A stretch of 37,509 bases of DNA from Giesbergeria sp. (lineage in GTDB: Bacteria > Pseudomonadota > Gammaproteobacteria > Burkholderiales > Burkholderiaceae_C). The DNA is taken from NCBI GenBank assembly GCA_049291355.1, contig JBATPF010000323.1, positions 1 to 37,509 on the forward strand, written 5' to 3'. Positions 9,753 to 19,784 of this stretch are shown here, in pieces (the first letter of the stretch is position 1; every line of letters starts with the position of its first letter). Under the pieces are notes generated by a model that saw nothing but the letters and a program-made list of their open reading frames with translations, made no database searches and had not been told where the DNA came from. A program made the position numbers and the translations under genes.

Positions 9753-11087
9753 TTACGCCGCCTCGTGCACCAGCACCTCGCCGCGCAAGGTGTAGGCCTT
9801 GGCTTCGGTAATGGTCACATCCACCATCTGCCCCACGAGCCTTGACTGGCCGGCGAAGTTCACCACGCGGTTGCACTCGGTGCGCCCCATGAGTTCATCG
9901 GCGTCTCGCTTGGACGCGCCTTCCACCAGAATGCGCTGCACCGTGCCCACGCGTTGCTCGCTAATCGTTTTGATGTTGCCATTGATGACGGCCTGCAACT
10001 GGTGCAAGCGGCGCAGCTTGACGTCGCCCGGCGTCTCATCGTGCAGGTTGGCTGCGGGCGTGCCGGGGCGGGGGCTAAAGACGAAACTGAACGAGTTGTC
10101 GAAGCCAACATCGTCGATCAGCTTCATCATCTTGGCGAAATCATCTTCGGTCTCGCCGGGGAAGCCGACGATGAAATCGCTGCTCATCGCCAGATCGGGC
10201 CGGATGGCGCGCAGCTTCTTCACCGTGCTCTTGTATTCCATAGCGGTGTAACCGCGCTTCATGGCCATCAGGATGCGGTCTGAGCCGTGCTGCACGGGCA
10301 GGTGCAGGTGGTTGGCTAACTCGGGAATGCGCGCATAGGCCTCGATCAGCCGCGGGGTGAATTCGTTCGGGTGGCTGGTGGTAAAGCGCAGGCGCTCGAT
10401 GCCGGGAATCTCGGCGACGTATTCGAGCAGCAAGGCGAAATCGGCGATTTCGGCCGTGTCGCCCATCGGCCCGCGGTAGGCATTGACGTTCTGGCCCAGC
10501 AAAGTGATTTCTTTGACGCCCTGGTCGGCCAGGCCCGCCACTTCCACCAGCACGTCGTCGAACGGGCGGCTGACTTCTTCGCCGCGCGTGTACGGCACCA
10601 CACAGTAGCTGCAGTACTTGCTGCAGCCTTCCATGATCGAGACGAAGGCCGATGCACCCTCGACACGCGCGGGCGGCAGGTGGTCGAACTTCTCAATTTC
10701 TGGGAAGCTGATGTCCACCTGTGGGCGAGCCTGCACCCGGCGCTGCTCCAGGAGCTGCGGCAGGCGGTGCAAGGTTTGCGGCCCGAACACGATGTCCACG
10801 TACGGCGCACGCTTGATGATCTCGGCGCCTTCCTGGCTGGCGACGCAGCCGCCGACGCCAATTTGTACACCGCGCTCCTTGAGGTGGCGCACCCGGCCCA
10901 GGTCGGAAAACACCTTTTCCTGCGCCTTTTCGCGCACCGAACAGGTGTTGAACAGAATCAAGTCGGCTTCTTCGACGTCCTGCGTGGGCTCGTAGCCTTC
11001 AGCAGCGTGCATGACGTCCAGCATCTTGGCCGAGTCGTACTCGTTCATCTGGCAGCCAAAGGTTTTGATAAAGACTTTTTTGCTCAT
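9753..11087 (-). CDS. miaB: tRNA-2-methylthio-N6-dimethylallyladenosine synthase MiaB
   Basis: [25 protein letters not shown], radical-[20 protein letters not shown] and C-terminal TRAM domain. Confidence 0.98.
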   Translation of the reverse strand: MSKKVFIKTFGCQMNEYDSAKMLDVMHAAEGYEPTQDVEEADLILFNTCSVREKAQEKVFSDLGRVRHLKERGVQIGVGGCVASQEGAEIIKRAPYVDIVFGPQTLHRLPQLLEQRRVQARPQVDISFPEIEKFDHLPPARVEGASAFVSIMEGCSKYCSYCVVPYTRGEEVSRPFDDVLVEVAGLADQGVKEITLLGQNVNAYRGPMGDTAEIADFALLLEYVAEIPGIERLRFTTSHPNEFTPRLIEAYARIPELANHLHLPVQHGSDRILMAMKRGYTAMEYKSTVKKLRAIRPDLAMSSDFIVGFPGETEDDFAKMMKLIDDVGFDNSFSFVFSPRPGTPAANLHDETPGDVKLRRLHQLQAVINGNIKTISEQRVGTVQRILVEGASKRDADELMGRTECNRVVNFAGQSRLVGQMVDVTITEAKAYTLRGEVLVHEAA

Positions 11088-11157
11088 GGAAGAATTCTCG
11101 CGGGGCCATGCTCCAAGCAGCCGCCGGCCGTGGCGCAGCTTAAAAAATGCCCGCGTT

Positions 11158-11586
11158 TTATCGCGGATCGGCGTCGCTCTCGAAGCGGAAGTTGCGCTGC
11201 TCTGTGCTGCCGGGGCGCGGCAGGGCGATTTCGGCTTTGTTCAGAATCCAGGCGGTGTGCAGCATGCCGGTGCTGGGCTCGATCCGGAAATTCACCACGT
11301 ATTGCTTGCCGATCACGGAGTGCAGCATGACGAGCGAGTTTTGCGGGCTCAAAAGCCGCATGCCCGGCGCCATGCGCACAGGTTTGCCATCGATTTGCGC
11401 ATCTACGGTGGACAAAACGGTGAGCGTCCCGCGCTTCGCCTGCTCAGGGAAGGTGCGAGAGCCGCCCAAGTCGCCAGGCACTTGGGCCAGGGCCGTGCGA
11501 GCGGGCAGCAGGCCTGTGGCGCACAGGGCGATCAACACTGCGAGGGTCGGGCGGCGAAACGCGTGGAGGCGGGTGCAGCGGGTCAT
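11158..11586 (-). CDS. Exported hypothetical protein (142 aa)
   Basis: Signal-peptide-like N-terminus ([25 protein letters not shown]) and a beta-rich mature part; fills the gap between the tRNA terminator and miaB; TAGAAT -10-like hexamer at 11614-11619 (minus). Confidence 0.75.
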   Translation of the reverse strand: MTRCTRLHAFRRPTLAVLIALCATGLLPARTALAQVPGDLGGSRTFPEQAKRGTLTVLSTVDAQIDGKPVRMAPGMRLLSPQNSLVMLHSVIGKQYVVNFRIEPSTGMLHTAWILNKAEIALPRPGSTEQRNFRFESDADPR

Positions 11587-11656
11587 GGGTCTATCCAGGG
11601 GCTGAAACAGGGGATTCTAGGCGCATGCCCCGTTTCGAGGCCGCAAAACGCAAAGC

Positions 11657-11688
11657 AAAAACCCCTTGGAGGCGCGCCTGCAAGGGGT
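11657..11688 (-). terminator. Intrinsic terminator after tRNA-Met
   Basis: Minus strand stem ACCCCTTG...CAAGGGGT followed by a T run, immediately 3' of the tRNA CCA. Confidence 0.8.
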
Positions 11689-11694
11689 GGAATC

Positions 11695-11771
11695 TGGTGG
11701 TGATAGGTGGACTTGAACCACCGACATCAGCATTATGAATGCTGCGCTCTAACCAACTGAGCTATATCACC
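11695..11771 (-). tRNA. tRNA-Met (CAT), probably elongator
   Basis: 77 nt GGTGATATAGCTCAGTTGGTTAGAGCGCAGCATTCATAATGCTGATGTCGGTGGTTCAAGTCCACCTATCACCACCA; cloverleaf, CAT anticodon, encoded CCA. G1-C72 pair argues against initiator; lack of C4/C5 argues against Ile2. Confidence 0.95.
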
Positions 11772-11780
11772 GAGAGCAAA

Positions 11781-11786
11781 ATTATA
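11781..11786 (-). promoter_or_regulatory. -10 element of tRNA-Met promoter
   Basis: Perfect TATAAT on the minus strand 9 nt upstream of the mature tRNA 5' end; no clear -35. Confidence 0.6.
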
Positions 11787-11808
11787 GAACAGATTTCGGG
11801 GTTAAATC

Positions 11809-12588
11809 TCAAAGATGGGTGAACGTCGCCTTGCGCTTGTTCACAAACGCATCCATGCCTTCCTTCTGGTCTGCGGTGGCAAACAGCGCGTGGAACAGGC
11901 GGCGCTCGAACATCACGCCGTCGGACAGGCCGCTCTCGAATGCGCGGTTGACCGATTCCTTCGCGGCCATGACGGCAATGCGCGAAAAATCACTGATCAC
12001 CAGTGCGGCGCCCAGGGCTTCTTCTTGCAGTTTGTCGAGCGGCACGATGCGGCTGACCAGTCCGGCGCGTTCGGCTTCCACCGCATCCATCATGCGGCCG
12101 GTGAGGGCCATGTCCATGGCCTTGGACTTGCCCACCGCGCGCGGCAGGCGCTGTGTGCCGCCGGCGCCAGGAATCACCCCCAGCTTGATTTCGGGTTGGC
12201 CGAATTTGGCGTTGTCGGCGGCAATGATGAAGTCGCACATCATGGCCAGCTCGCAGCCGCCGCCCAGCGCAAAGCCGCTGACGGCGGCGATGACGGGCTT
12301 GCGAATGGATCGGATGGTTTCCCAGTTGCGCGAGATGTAGTCGCCCTTGTACGCATCGGCAAAACTGAACTTGGCCATGGCGCCGATGTCTGCGCCGGCT
12401 GCAAAGGCCTTCTCGCTGCCGGTGAGCACGATGCAGCCGATGGCCTCGTCGCGGTCAAAGGCTTGCAGGGCTTCGCCCAGTTCGTCCATGAGCTGATCGT
12501 TGAGCGCATTGAGCTGCTTGGGACGGTTGAGTGTGATGACGCCGACTTTCTCGGCTTCGGTGCGCACTTCGATCGTGGTGTAGGACAT
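11809..12588 (-). CDS. Enoyl-CoA hydratase (crotonase family)
   Basis: [51 protein letters not shown]; both catalytic Glu present. Confidence 0.95.
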   Translation of the reverse strand: MSYTTIEVRTEAEKVGVITLNRPKQLNALNDQLMDELGEALQAFDRDEAIGCIVLTGSEKAFAAGADIGAMAKFSFADAYKGDYISRNWETIRSIRKPVIAAVSGFALGGGCELAMMCDFIIAADNAKFGQPEIKLGVIPGAGGTQRLPRAVGKSKAMDMALTGRMMDAVEAERAGLVSRIVPLDKLQEEALGAALVISDFSRIAVMAAKESVNRAFESGLSDGVMFERRLFHALFATADQKEGMDAFVNKRKATFTHL

Positions 12589-12657
12589 ACTTTTTCTTTC
12601 ATCGATGCCAAACGGGAAACTATACCGAAAGGGCTGGCGCGCCGCGCTGCGACGGAT

Positions 12658-14469
12658 TCAAAGCTCTGAGAGCCAGCGGGCCGCCAAGGCCGGGTCGGTC
12701 AATCGCAGTTGCACGGTGTCGCTTGCAGCTTCCGCACCTGCCGAGAGCTGCAGGGGCAGGCGCAGCAGCCGCTGGTCGCGCGCAACGAGGGCGGTGACCT
12801 GCGCAGTGTGGGGTGGTGCATAAAGCGGCAGGTCGTCCAGTCGCTGAAGACGCCAGGCTCCGGCAGGTGTTTCAATGCCTAGCCATTCGTCCCCGGCAGC
12901 CAGCCCGGCGCGCTCGGCCAGGCCGCCGCGCAGCACGGTCTTGATGCGCACGCCGTCGCCTGGCGCCACGCGAATTCCCAGACGCTGTGCCGGCTGCGCC
13001 ACGTCGGCCTGCAACTGAACGCCATGGGCGGCGAGCAACTCAGCCAGGGGCAATTCGTCCGTTGAATGGACCCAGGCCGTGATATCGCCGGCGTAGCTGC
13101 GTCCCGAAAGCTCCTGCAACACGGCCAGGACATCGGACTCCTGCATGGGGCCGCCTTGGCAGCGCTGCCACAGCGCGCGCATCACCGCGTCCAGCGTGGT
13201 GCGGCCTTCACGCCGCAAACTCAGGTCCAGGCACAGGGCCACAAGAGCGCCCTTGGTGTAATAGCTCACCGTGGCGTTGGGGGTGTTTTCGTCCTGCCGG
13301 TAGTACTTCACCCAGGCGTCAAAGCTCGCCTGGGCGACACTTTGCTGACGCCGCCCTGGCGTTTGCAAAACCTGGTTGATGGTTTTGTTCAGGAGTTTCA
13401 GATAGCCGGCCGCGTCCAGCAGACCAGCGCGCAGCAGCAGCAGGTCGTCGTAATAGCTGGTAAAGCCTTCAAAAAACCACAGCAACTGTGTGTAGTTTTC
13501 GCTGGAGTAGTCGTAGCGTTCAAACTCACTTGGCCGCAGGCGCTTGACGTTCCAGGTGTGGAAATACTCGTGGCTGATGAGACCGAGCAGTGTGATGTAG
13601 CCGTCGCTGGATTTCCAGGCGGCTCCGCCGTCACCTTGGCTGCGCGGAAGGTCTCGCCGGGCGGCGATCAGTGCGGTGGAACGGCGGTGCTCCAGCCCGC
13701 CGTAGCCGTCGTCGACGGTGTTGAGCAAAAAGACGTAGTCGCGCAGTGGCGGCACGTCGGCGCCGTGCCAGAACGCGATGGCTGCAGCGCAGATTTTTTG
13801 TGCGTCGGCCAGCAGGCGCTCACCGTCAAAGGATGGTGCCGCACCGCTCACCGCCCAGCGGTGGTGGATGCCGCCCGTGTCGAAAACTCCCTCCCAGAAG
13901 GGCCCCATTTCAACGGGACAGTCCACAAGTTCATCGTAGTTGCAGGCGCTGTAGAGCCCAAAGCCCGCATTGTCTGTTTGCTCGGCGTGCAGTGCGGTGG
14001 CGAGGCGCCAGTCAGGCGTTCCGGGCCGTGCGACGATCTCCACACTGTGGGGAGCGTGTTCAAACCCAAGCGCACGCAAGAACACGCTGGTGCCGTTGAA
14101 AAATGCGCGTGAGGCGTCCAGCCATGCGCTGCGCACGGAAGCGTCGGCAGCGTAGATCTCGTAGCGCAACTCCAGAGCGGCATCGCCTGCGCAATCGGCG
14201 CGCCAAGTGCCTTTGTCCAACTGCGTCAAGCGGATCGGTTGGTCGTTTTGCCAAGCCTGCAATCCCTGCAGGTGCTTGGAAAATTCGCGCAGCAGGTAAC
14301 TGCCCGGAATCCATGCCGGCAGCTGGAACGTTTGGTGCGCCTGCGGCTGCGGCAAGCGCAGGGTGACGGCGAAGAGGTGGGCATGCAGATCCCGCAGCTC
14401 AATGCAAAAGTGCACGGCTGCCGAAAGCCCTTTTGCGGGCGTGACGCAACTGCCGCTGCGGGCATTCAT
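12658..14469 (-). CDS. M61 family metallopeptidase with C-terminal PDZ-like domain
   Basis: LPAWIPGSY, GGLEH, zinc motif HEYFH, WNVKRLRP, LWFFEGFTSYY, SYYTKG, PDZ-like AERAGLAAGDE; ATGA overlap with the dsbC stop. Confidence 0.92.
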   Translation of the reverse strand: MNARSGSCVTPAKGLSAAVHFCIELRDLHAHLFAVTLRLPQPQAHQTFQLPAWIPGSYLLREFSKHLQGLQAWQNDQPIRLTQLDKGTWRADCAGDAALELRYEIYAADASVRSAWLDASRAFFNGTSVFLRALGFEHAPHSVEIVARPGTPDWRLATALHAEQTDNAGFGLYSACNYDELVDCPVEMGPFWEGVFDTGGIHHRWAVSGAAPSFDGERLLADAQKICAAAIAFWHGADVPPLRDYVFLLNTVDDGYGGLEHRRSTALIAARRDLPRSQGDGGAAWKSSDGYITLLGLISHEYFHTWNVKRLRPSEFERYDYSSENYTQLLWFFEGFTSYYDDLLLLRAGLLDAAGYLKLLNKTINQVLQTPGRRQQSVAQASFDAWVKYYRQDENTPNATVSYYTKGALVALCLDLSLRREGRTTLDAVMRALWQRCQGGPMQESDVLAVLQELSGRSYAGDITAWVHSTDELPLAELLAAHGVQLQADVAQPAQRLGIRVAPGDGVRIKTVLRGGLAERAGLAAGDEWLGIETPAGAWRLQRLDDLPLYAPPHTAQVTALVARDQRLLRLPLQLSAGAEAASDTVQLRLTDPALAARWLSEL

Positions 14470-15185
14470 TTCGCAGACGATTGCGCCTGTGCCAATCGTT
14501 TTTCAACTTCCGTGTCGTTGATGGCCCCTGGGACGCGGCTGCCGTCGACAAAAATCAGCGTTGGCGTGCCAGTGATTTTGAATTTCTTTCCAAACGCCAG
14601 GTTGCGCTGCAAGGCGCTGGTATCACAGCTGGCCGGGGGGGTGACTTTGTCGCGCAGCATGTGGTCTTGCCACGCAGCCACGCGGTCCTTTGCGCACCAG
14701 ATATTGCGTGATTTCTCGGCCGAATCGGGGCTGAGAATGGGGTAGAGGAAGGTGTAGATCGTTACGTCCTGAACCTTCTGTAAATCGCGCTCGAAACGCT
14801 TGCAGTAGCCGCAGTTGGGGTCTTCAAAGACGGCGAGCTTGCGCGCACCCGTGCCATGAACGACGGTGAACGCGTCGGCTAGCGGCAGAGCGGCGAAATC
14901 GACTGCGCTCAGTTTGGCAATGCGGTCCTCCGTGAGATTGCGGCGCGCCTTGGTGTCGATCAACTCGCCCTGGATCAGGTAGTTGCCCTTGGCGTCGGTA
15001 TAGAACACATCGGTCCCCATGCGCACCTCGTACAAGCCGGGCATGGGTGTGCTTTGAACCTCGTCAATTTTTTCCAGCTGCGGAATGCGTTCGGCCAGCG
15101 TTTTTCGAATAGCACTTTCTTGCGCCGAAGCGAGCAAGCTGGTGGCCAAGGCCGCGCTGGCCAGCAGCCAATGGAGAGTCTTCAT
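14466..15185 (-). CDS. dsbC: Thiol:disulfide interchange protein DsbC
   Basis: Signal peptide, dimerisation domain (PMPGLYEV), active site DPNCGYC, GTPT cis-Pro loop. Confidence 0.93.
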   Translation of the reverse strand: MKTLHWLLASAALATSLLASAQESAIRKTLAERIPQLEKIDEVQSTPMPGLYEVRMGTDVFYTDAKGNYLIQGELIDTKARRNLTEDRIAKLSAVDFAALPLADAFTVVHGTGARKLAVFEDPNCGYCKRFERDLQKVQDVTIYTFLYPILSPDSAEKSRNIWCAKDRVAAWQDHMLRDKVTPPASCDTSALQRNLAFGKKFKITGTPTLIFVDGSRVPGAINDTEVEKRLAQAQSSAK

Positions 15186-16357
15186 GGGTCAGTTTTTCCT
15201 TGAAATGCTGCAGAGCGTGCAGCCGGGTCGGTATTCATGGCCTGGCGCGCCATCCAGTGCTTGAGTGGGCCGCTGCGGTCAAAACCTTGCATGCCCCAGT
15301 TGCGCAGCGTTTGCAAAGGCACTTCGGGGCGCCCAAACAACTGGGCCAGGGCGTCGGTGGTCAGGCGCATGGGCAGCAAGGCACTTTTGCGCTCGCGCTC
15401 GTACTGGCGCAGGACGCGCAGATCGCCCACGCTGCGCCAACTGCTGCGCGCGGTGAGCAGCCGGGCCAGCGCCTGCACGTCGCCCAGGCCCAGGTTGAGC
15501 CCCTGGCCGGAGAGGGGATGCACGGTATGGGCAGCGTCGCCTGCCAGCACCCAGGCCTGCCCGGCGCCGGTCGCACCCTCGACCAGTCCGCACCAGCGCT
15601 CGGCCCGTGCCAGCTGCAGCGGCCAGGCACGGCGCTCACCATGCACTTGCAGGGTGCCCAAGGCACCGCCGCTGGCCTGCGCGAGTTCGCTGGCAAAGAC
15701 CTGATCGCTGTGCGCAAGCAGTTCGCTGGCACGCTCGGGCGCAACGGACCAGACCACCGCGACTTCCTTGCCGTGCGCGCCGCCAAGCGGCAGAAAAGCC
15801 AGAATGCCGTCGGCCGAAAACCATTGCCGCGCCGTCTGCTGGTGTTCCAGCGTGCAGGCAATGCGCGTCGCAATGGCCGTTTGCGGATAGGGCGAGGCGT
15901 CAAATCGAACGCCCAGCTCGTCGCGGGTGCGGCTGGCGCGTCCCTCGCAAACCACGGTCAAGGGCGCGCTGACGGGGCTCGCCACCTGCTCGACGCGCGG
16001 CTGGTAGCGCACCGCTTCGGCCAGGCGGGCTTCCAGAGCAGGCACATCGGCGATCCATGCCAGCGCAGGAACCTGCTGGGCTGCAGCGTCGAAGCGCACG
16101 TTGCCGCCGCGATCACCGCAGACATGCATGTGCAGTACGGCGGTGGCGTGTTCTGGCTCGGGCCAGCAACGCAGCGACTCCAGCAAGGCGTGAGAGGCCG
16201 CGTTGAGCGCATAGGCACGGATGTCGGCATGCCCGGTGTCCGACGCGGAGGGATCGTTCACCAGGGCAACACTGAAGCGTTCGCGCGCCAGCAGCAATGC
16301 CAAGGTGCGGCCCACAATGCCTGCGCCGCGAATACAGATGTCATAGGACTTGGCCAT
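15182..16357 (-). CDS. UbiH/UbiF/UbiI-family FAD-dependent monooxygenase (ubiquinone biosynthesis)
   Basis: [58 protein letters not shown]. Confidence 0.88.
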   Translation of the reverse strand: MAKSYDICIRGAGIVGRTLALLLARERFSVALVNDPSASDTGHADIRAYALNAASHALLESLRCWPEPEHATAVLHMHVCGDRGGNVRFDAAAQQVPALAWIADVPALEARLAEAVRYQPRVEQVASPVSAPLTVVCEGRASRTRDELGVRFDASPYPQTAIATRIACTLEHQQTARQWFSADGILAFLPLGGAHGKEVAVVWSVAPERASELLAHSDQVFASELAQASGGALGTLQVHGERRAWPLQLARAERWCGLVEGATGAGQAWVLAGDAAHTVHPLSGQGLNLGLGDVQALARLLTARSSWRSVGDLRVLRQYERERKSALLPMRLTTDALAQLFGRPEVPLQTLRNWGMQGFDRSGPLKHWMARQAMNTDPAARSAAFQGKTDP

Positions 16358-16503
16358 CGGGGGATTGTAGAAGCCTGCTCTCGGTCGGGCTGGCGGCTAA
16401 AATCATAGGCTTGCCCGCGCAAGCCTGCCCGCGTTGCGCGTTGCTTCGGCCCGCAGCTCGGCAATGTCTTTTCGCGGCGCGCGATCTCACCACAAGGATT
16501 TTC

Positions 16504-17598
16504 ATGAGCCTCCAATGCGGCATCGTGGGCCTGCCCAACGTCGGCAAGTCCACCCTTTTCAACGCGCTGACCAAGGCGGGCATCGCGGCCGAGAACTATC
16601 CCTTTTGCACCATCGAGCCCAATGTGGGAGTGGTGGAAGTGCCGGACCCGCGCTTGCAGCAATTGGCCGAGATCATCCAACCCGAACGCATTGTTCCTGC
16701 CATTGTCGAGTTCGTAGACATTGCCGGTCTGGTGGCAGGCGCAAGCAAGGGGGAAGGCCTGGGAAACCAGTTTCTGGCGCACATCCGCGAGACGGACGCC
16801 ATCGTCAATGTGGTTCGCTGCTTTGACGACGACAACGTCATCCACGTCGCTGGTCGGGTCGATCCAATTTCGGACATTGAGGTCATCCAGACCGAGTTGT
16901 GCCTGGCCGATCTGACGACAGTGGACAAGGCGCTGAACCGCTACAGCAAGGCCGCCAAGTCGGGCAATGACAAAGAAGCCGCCAAGCTGGTGGCCTTGCT
17001 CACGCGCATCCAGGAGGCGCTGAACGAAGGCAAGCCTGCGCGTTCGGTAGAAATGAGCAAGGAAGAATTGCTGCTTCTGAAGCCTTTTTGCCTCATTACG
17101 GCCAAGCCCGCCATGTTTGTTGGGAACGTGAGCGAAGACGGCTTCCAGAACAACCCCTATCTGGATCGGCTCAAGGACTATGCTGCCGGCCAGAATGCCC
17201 CGGTGGTGGCTATTTGCGCAAAGATTGAAGCGGAAATGGCGGAGATGAGCGACGAAGACCGCGATATGTTCCTGGCGGAGATGGGCCAGAGCGAGCCTGG
17301 CCTGGCGCGGATGATTCGCGGCGCATTCAAGTTGCTCGGCCTGCAGACCTATTTCACCGCAGGCGTCAAGGAAGTGCGCGCCTGGACCATCCATATTGGC
17401 GACACCGCACCGCAGGCCGCGGGCGTCATTCATGGCGACTTCGAGCGGGGCTTTATCCGGGCGCAGACGATTGCGTTCGATGACTTCATTGCACTGAAAG
17501 GCGAGCAGGGTGCAAAAGATGCTGGAAAGATGCGCGCCGAAGGCAAGGAATACATCGTAAAAGATGGCGATGTGCTGAATTTTCTGTTTAACGTCTGA
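16504..17598 (+). CDS. ychF: Redox-regulated ATPase YchF
   Basis: [41 protein letters not shown] and TGS domain; start MSLQC at 16504. Confidence 0.98.
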   Translation: MSLQCGIVGLPNVGKSTLFNALTKAGIAAENYPFCTIEPNVGVVEVPDPRLQQLAEIIQPERIVPAIVEFVDIAGLVAGASKGEGLGNQFLAHIRETDAIVNVVRCFDDDNVIHVAGRVDPISDIEVIQTELCLADLTTVDKALNRYSKAAKSGNDKEAAKLVALLTRIQEALNEGKPARSVEMSKEELLLLKPFCLITAKPAMFVGNVSEDGFQNNPYLDRLKDYAAGQNAPVVAICAKIEAEMAEMSDEDRDMFLAEMGQSEPGLARMIRGAFKLLGLQTYFTAGVKEVRAWTIHIGDTAPQAAGVIHGDFERGFIRAQTIAFDDFIALKGEQGAKDAGKMRAEGKEYIVKDGDVLNFLFNV

Positions 17599-17746
17599 TC
17601 AGTGGCAAACTCCCAGGTAGGCGGTTGTAACAATCCGTACTAATTTCCCGCAAGCTGTTATCTTCGGGCTTGGCCCTCGCCGGTTCCTGAAAAGGTTCTT
17701 CTACGCGGTTCCGTAACTCTCCCGCTTTCATTCAGCGGCAAATGTC

Positions 17747-19099
17747 ATGGGTGCATTCGGTTTCCGATCACTGTTCTCGGCGCGCCGGGACATGGGTTTC
17801 GCAATGAGCGAAGGGTTCCCCTTGTCCGACACCATGGCGTCGGGCTTCAATGATTCGGCGGACCATTCGGGGCAGTTTTCGCGCCGGCAGTCGGATGCCG
17901 TGCGATTGCGCCGCCAACGCTCGAACGCGCAAAAATGGGTGATCGTGTTGGCGCTGATCGGTGGCTTTGGGGCCGTGGCACTGATCTTTCATCTGCTGGG
18001 CTTTGTGCAGATGCGCACGCTGCTCGTGTTGCTTGGCATGGTGGTGGTGGGATTGGCCGTATTTCTGTTGCTGTTCCGTACTGGCCTGCACCTCAAGTTT
18101 CGTGAAAAACGCCTGAAACTCCCCATTGTTGTGTGTTGTCTGGGGGCCATGCTGGCGCTGGTGTACCTGGACCCAGCGATGCAGATCTTGCTGGCACCCT
18201 TTACTTTTGTGACTCTCGCGTACGGCATGTACCGGATTTCGCGCAACACGGCGTTTGTGCTGATCGCCGCCGAGTTGCTGGGCTACGCGGGCGTGATGGC
18301 CTTGCATTTTTTCGAGCAGCAGAACCCCGCTCTGCTCCAGCTCGAAGCCATGCACTTTGCCGCCCTGGCCGTGGCGCTTCCCGGCTTTGTGTATCTGACG
18401 GGGAAAGTGCCTTTGTTGCACATGGTGCTTAACCAGGCCAGCCGAAAGATTCGCACCATCGAGGCGGACGCGCGCCGCGATCCGCAACTGGGCTGCTACA
18501 ACCGGCGCTACATCGTCGCAGCGCTGGAAGAGCAAAAGCAATTGGCCGACGAGCTCGGCTTGCCGCTGTGCATTGCGATTCTGGATCTGGACCATTTCAA
18601 GCGCATCAACGATGAAATGGGGCATTTGGGCGGAGACGAAGTGCTGCGCACCTTTTCGCGCGTGGCCCAGCAAAGCGTGCGGGACGAAGACCTATTCGGT
18701 CGCTACGGGGGTGAGGAGTTTCTGCTGATCTTCCCTGGCACCTCGCTGCTGCCGGCGCTCAACACCTGCGAGCGCGTGCGTGCCCAGGTAGAGGACCATG
18801 TGTGGTCCGATGGCATGCGTTGCCGGGTGACGGTGTCGATCGGTGTGACGCAGTACGTCCACGGCGAATCAGTGCTTGAATTCTTCTCGCGTGCCGACAC
18901 CGCCACCTATCTCGCCAAGGAAGGCGGACGCAATCAAGTCGTCGTCGAGGAGCCGGTGGAGCGCAGCAAGGAGGCAGATTTTGTTGCCACAGGCCAAGCG
19001 CAGAGCGAAGACACAGGTGAAGGAACCGATGAAGAGTTTCTGCTTCTTGAAGAAGCCGGCTTCATCGAGAGCACCCGCGCGCCGCTTAATCACTCTTGA
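17747..19099 (+). CDS. Membrane-bound diguanylate cyclase (GGDEF), start uncertain
   Basis: Five to six TM segments, DLDHFKRINDEMGHLGGD, RxxD I-site (RDED), RYGGEEF, VTVSIGV, AKEGGRNQV. Several possible ATG starts within the first 30 codons. Confidence 0.9.
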   Translation: MGAFGFRSLFSARRDMGFAMSEGFPLSDTMASGFNDSADHSGQFSRRQSDAVRLRRQRSNAQKWVIVLALIGGFGAVALIFHLLGFVQMRTLLVLLGMVVVGLAVFLLLFRTGLHLKFREKRLKLPIVVCCLGAMLALVYLDPAMQILLAPFTFVTLAYGMYRISRNTAFVLIAAELLGYAGVMALHFFEQQNPALLQLEAMHFAALAVALPGFVYLTGKVPLLHMVLNQASRKIRTIEADARRDPQLGCYNRRYIVAALEEQKQLADELGLPLCIAILDLDHFKRINDEMGHLGGDEVLRTFSRVAQQSVRDEDLFGRYGGEEFLLIFPGTSLLPALNTCERVRAQVEDHVWSDGMRCRVTVSIGVTQYVHGESVLEFFSRADTATYLAKEGGRNQVVVEEPVERSKEADFVATGQAQSEDTGEGTDEEFLLLEEAGFIESTRAPLNHS

Positions 19100-19153
19100 T
19101 TTTTGCCTCCAGCGCCCGCCTATAGGGTATATATAGCTACCAAAAAAAGAGCA
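19100..19153 (+). repeat. Dispersed palindromic repeat, degenerate copy D
   Basis: TTTTTGCCTCCAGCGCCC-N7-GGG...TAGCT with GCT-N11-AGC at 19136-19152; same 25-nt AGCGC-to-GCT spacing as copies A and C; right hairpin arm decayed. Confidence 0.65.
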
Positions 19154-19640
19154 TTTGAGCGAGCCCCTCACTTTTTCCTGGCACCATGGCCAGCAAGGCC
19201 GTGGTCATGGCCAGGTAGCGCAGAAACTTGCCGATCGCCATATAGAAAACGCAGGGCCAAAACGGCAGCTTCAGCCAGCCGGCCGCGGCGCAAAGGGGGT
19301 CTCCTACCACCGGCAACCAGCTCAGCAGGCAGGCGCGCGCGCCAAAGCGTTCGAGCCATGCCAGCGCCCGCGATTCGGTCTTCCTGCCGCGCAACCGGTT
19401 TGTCACCTTGTGCGCGCCCCGGCCCATCCACCAGCTGACTGCACCGCCCAGCGTGTTGCCAGCCGAAGCTACCAAAATGGCCGGCCAGAAGAGCTCCGGG
19501 TTGAGTTGAATCAGTCCGAAGACGGCCGGCTCAGAACCCAGCGGGAGCAGCGTGGCGGAGACAAAAGAAACCACCAGCACCGTACTAAGCCCGAACTGCG
19601 GCAGGGCAAGCCATTCCAGCAACTGTGACCAAGCTTCCAT
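19137..19640 (-). CDS. yqaA: YqaA-family (DedA/SNARE-associated) membrane protein
   Basis: SFVSATLLPLGSE, GNTLGG, LLSWLPVVGDPLCAAAGWL, IGKFLRY. Confidence 0.9.
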   Translation of the reverse strand: MEAWSQLLEWLALPQFGLSTVLVVSFVSATLLPLGSEPAVFGLIQLNPELFWPAILVASAGNTLGGAVSWWMGRGAHKVTNRLRGRKTESRALAWLERFGARACLLSWLPVVGDPLCAAAGWLKLPFWPCVFYMAIGKFLRYLAMTTALLAMVPGKSEGLAQMLFFW

Positions 19641-19784
19641 AGGGGAGCGAGTTTAGGCGGCGCGCCAAGGTCTGCCATTCGGCGCGCGGCCCAGTCCTAC
19701 GGCCTTGTGCGGCAGAAACGCAAGACCGCGAAGCAGCCGCTTTGTATCGTGGGGCTTTTGCTAGGCACGAGGGGAAGGCCAGTC

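Noticed and set aside
11695..11771. tRNA-Met as a possible island integration site
   Set aside because: No integrase, no duplicated tRNA 3' end seen, and the terminator follows directly.
17600..17746. Possible c-di-GMP riboswitch upstream of the GGDEF gene (GGCAAAC)
   Set aside because: No GNRA tetraloop/receptor pair or GCAAAGC-type junction visible; an Infernal scan would be needed.
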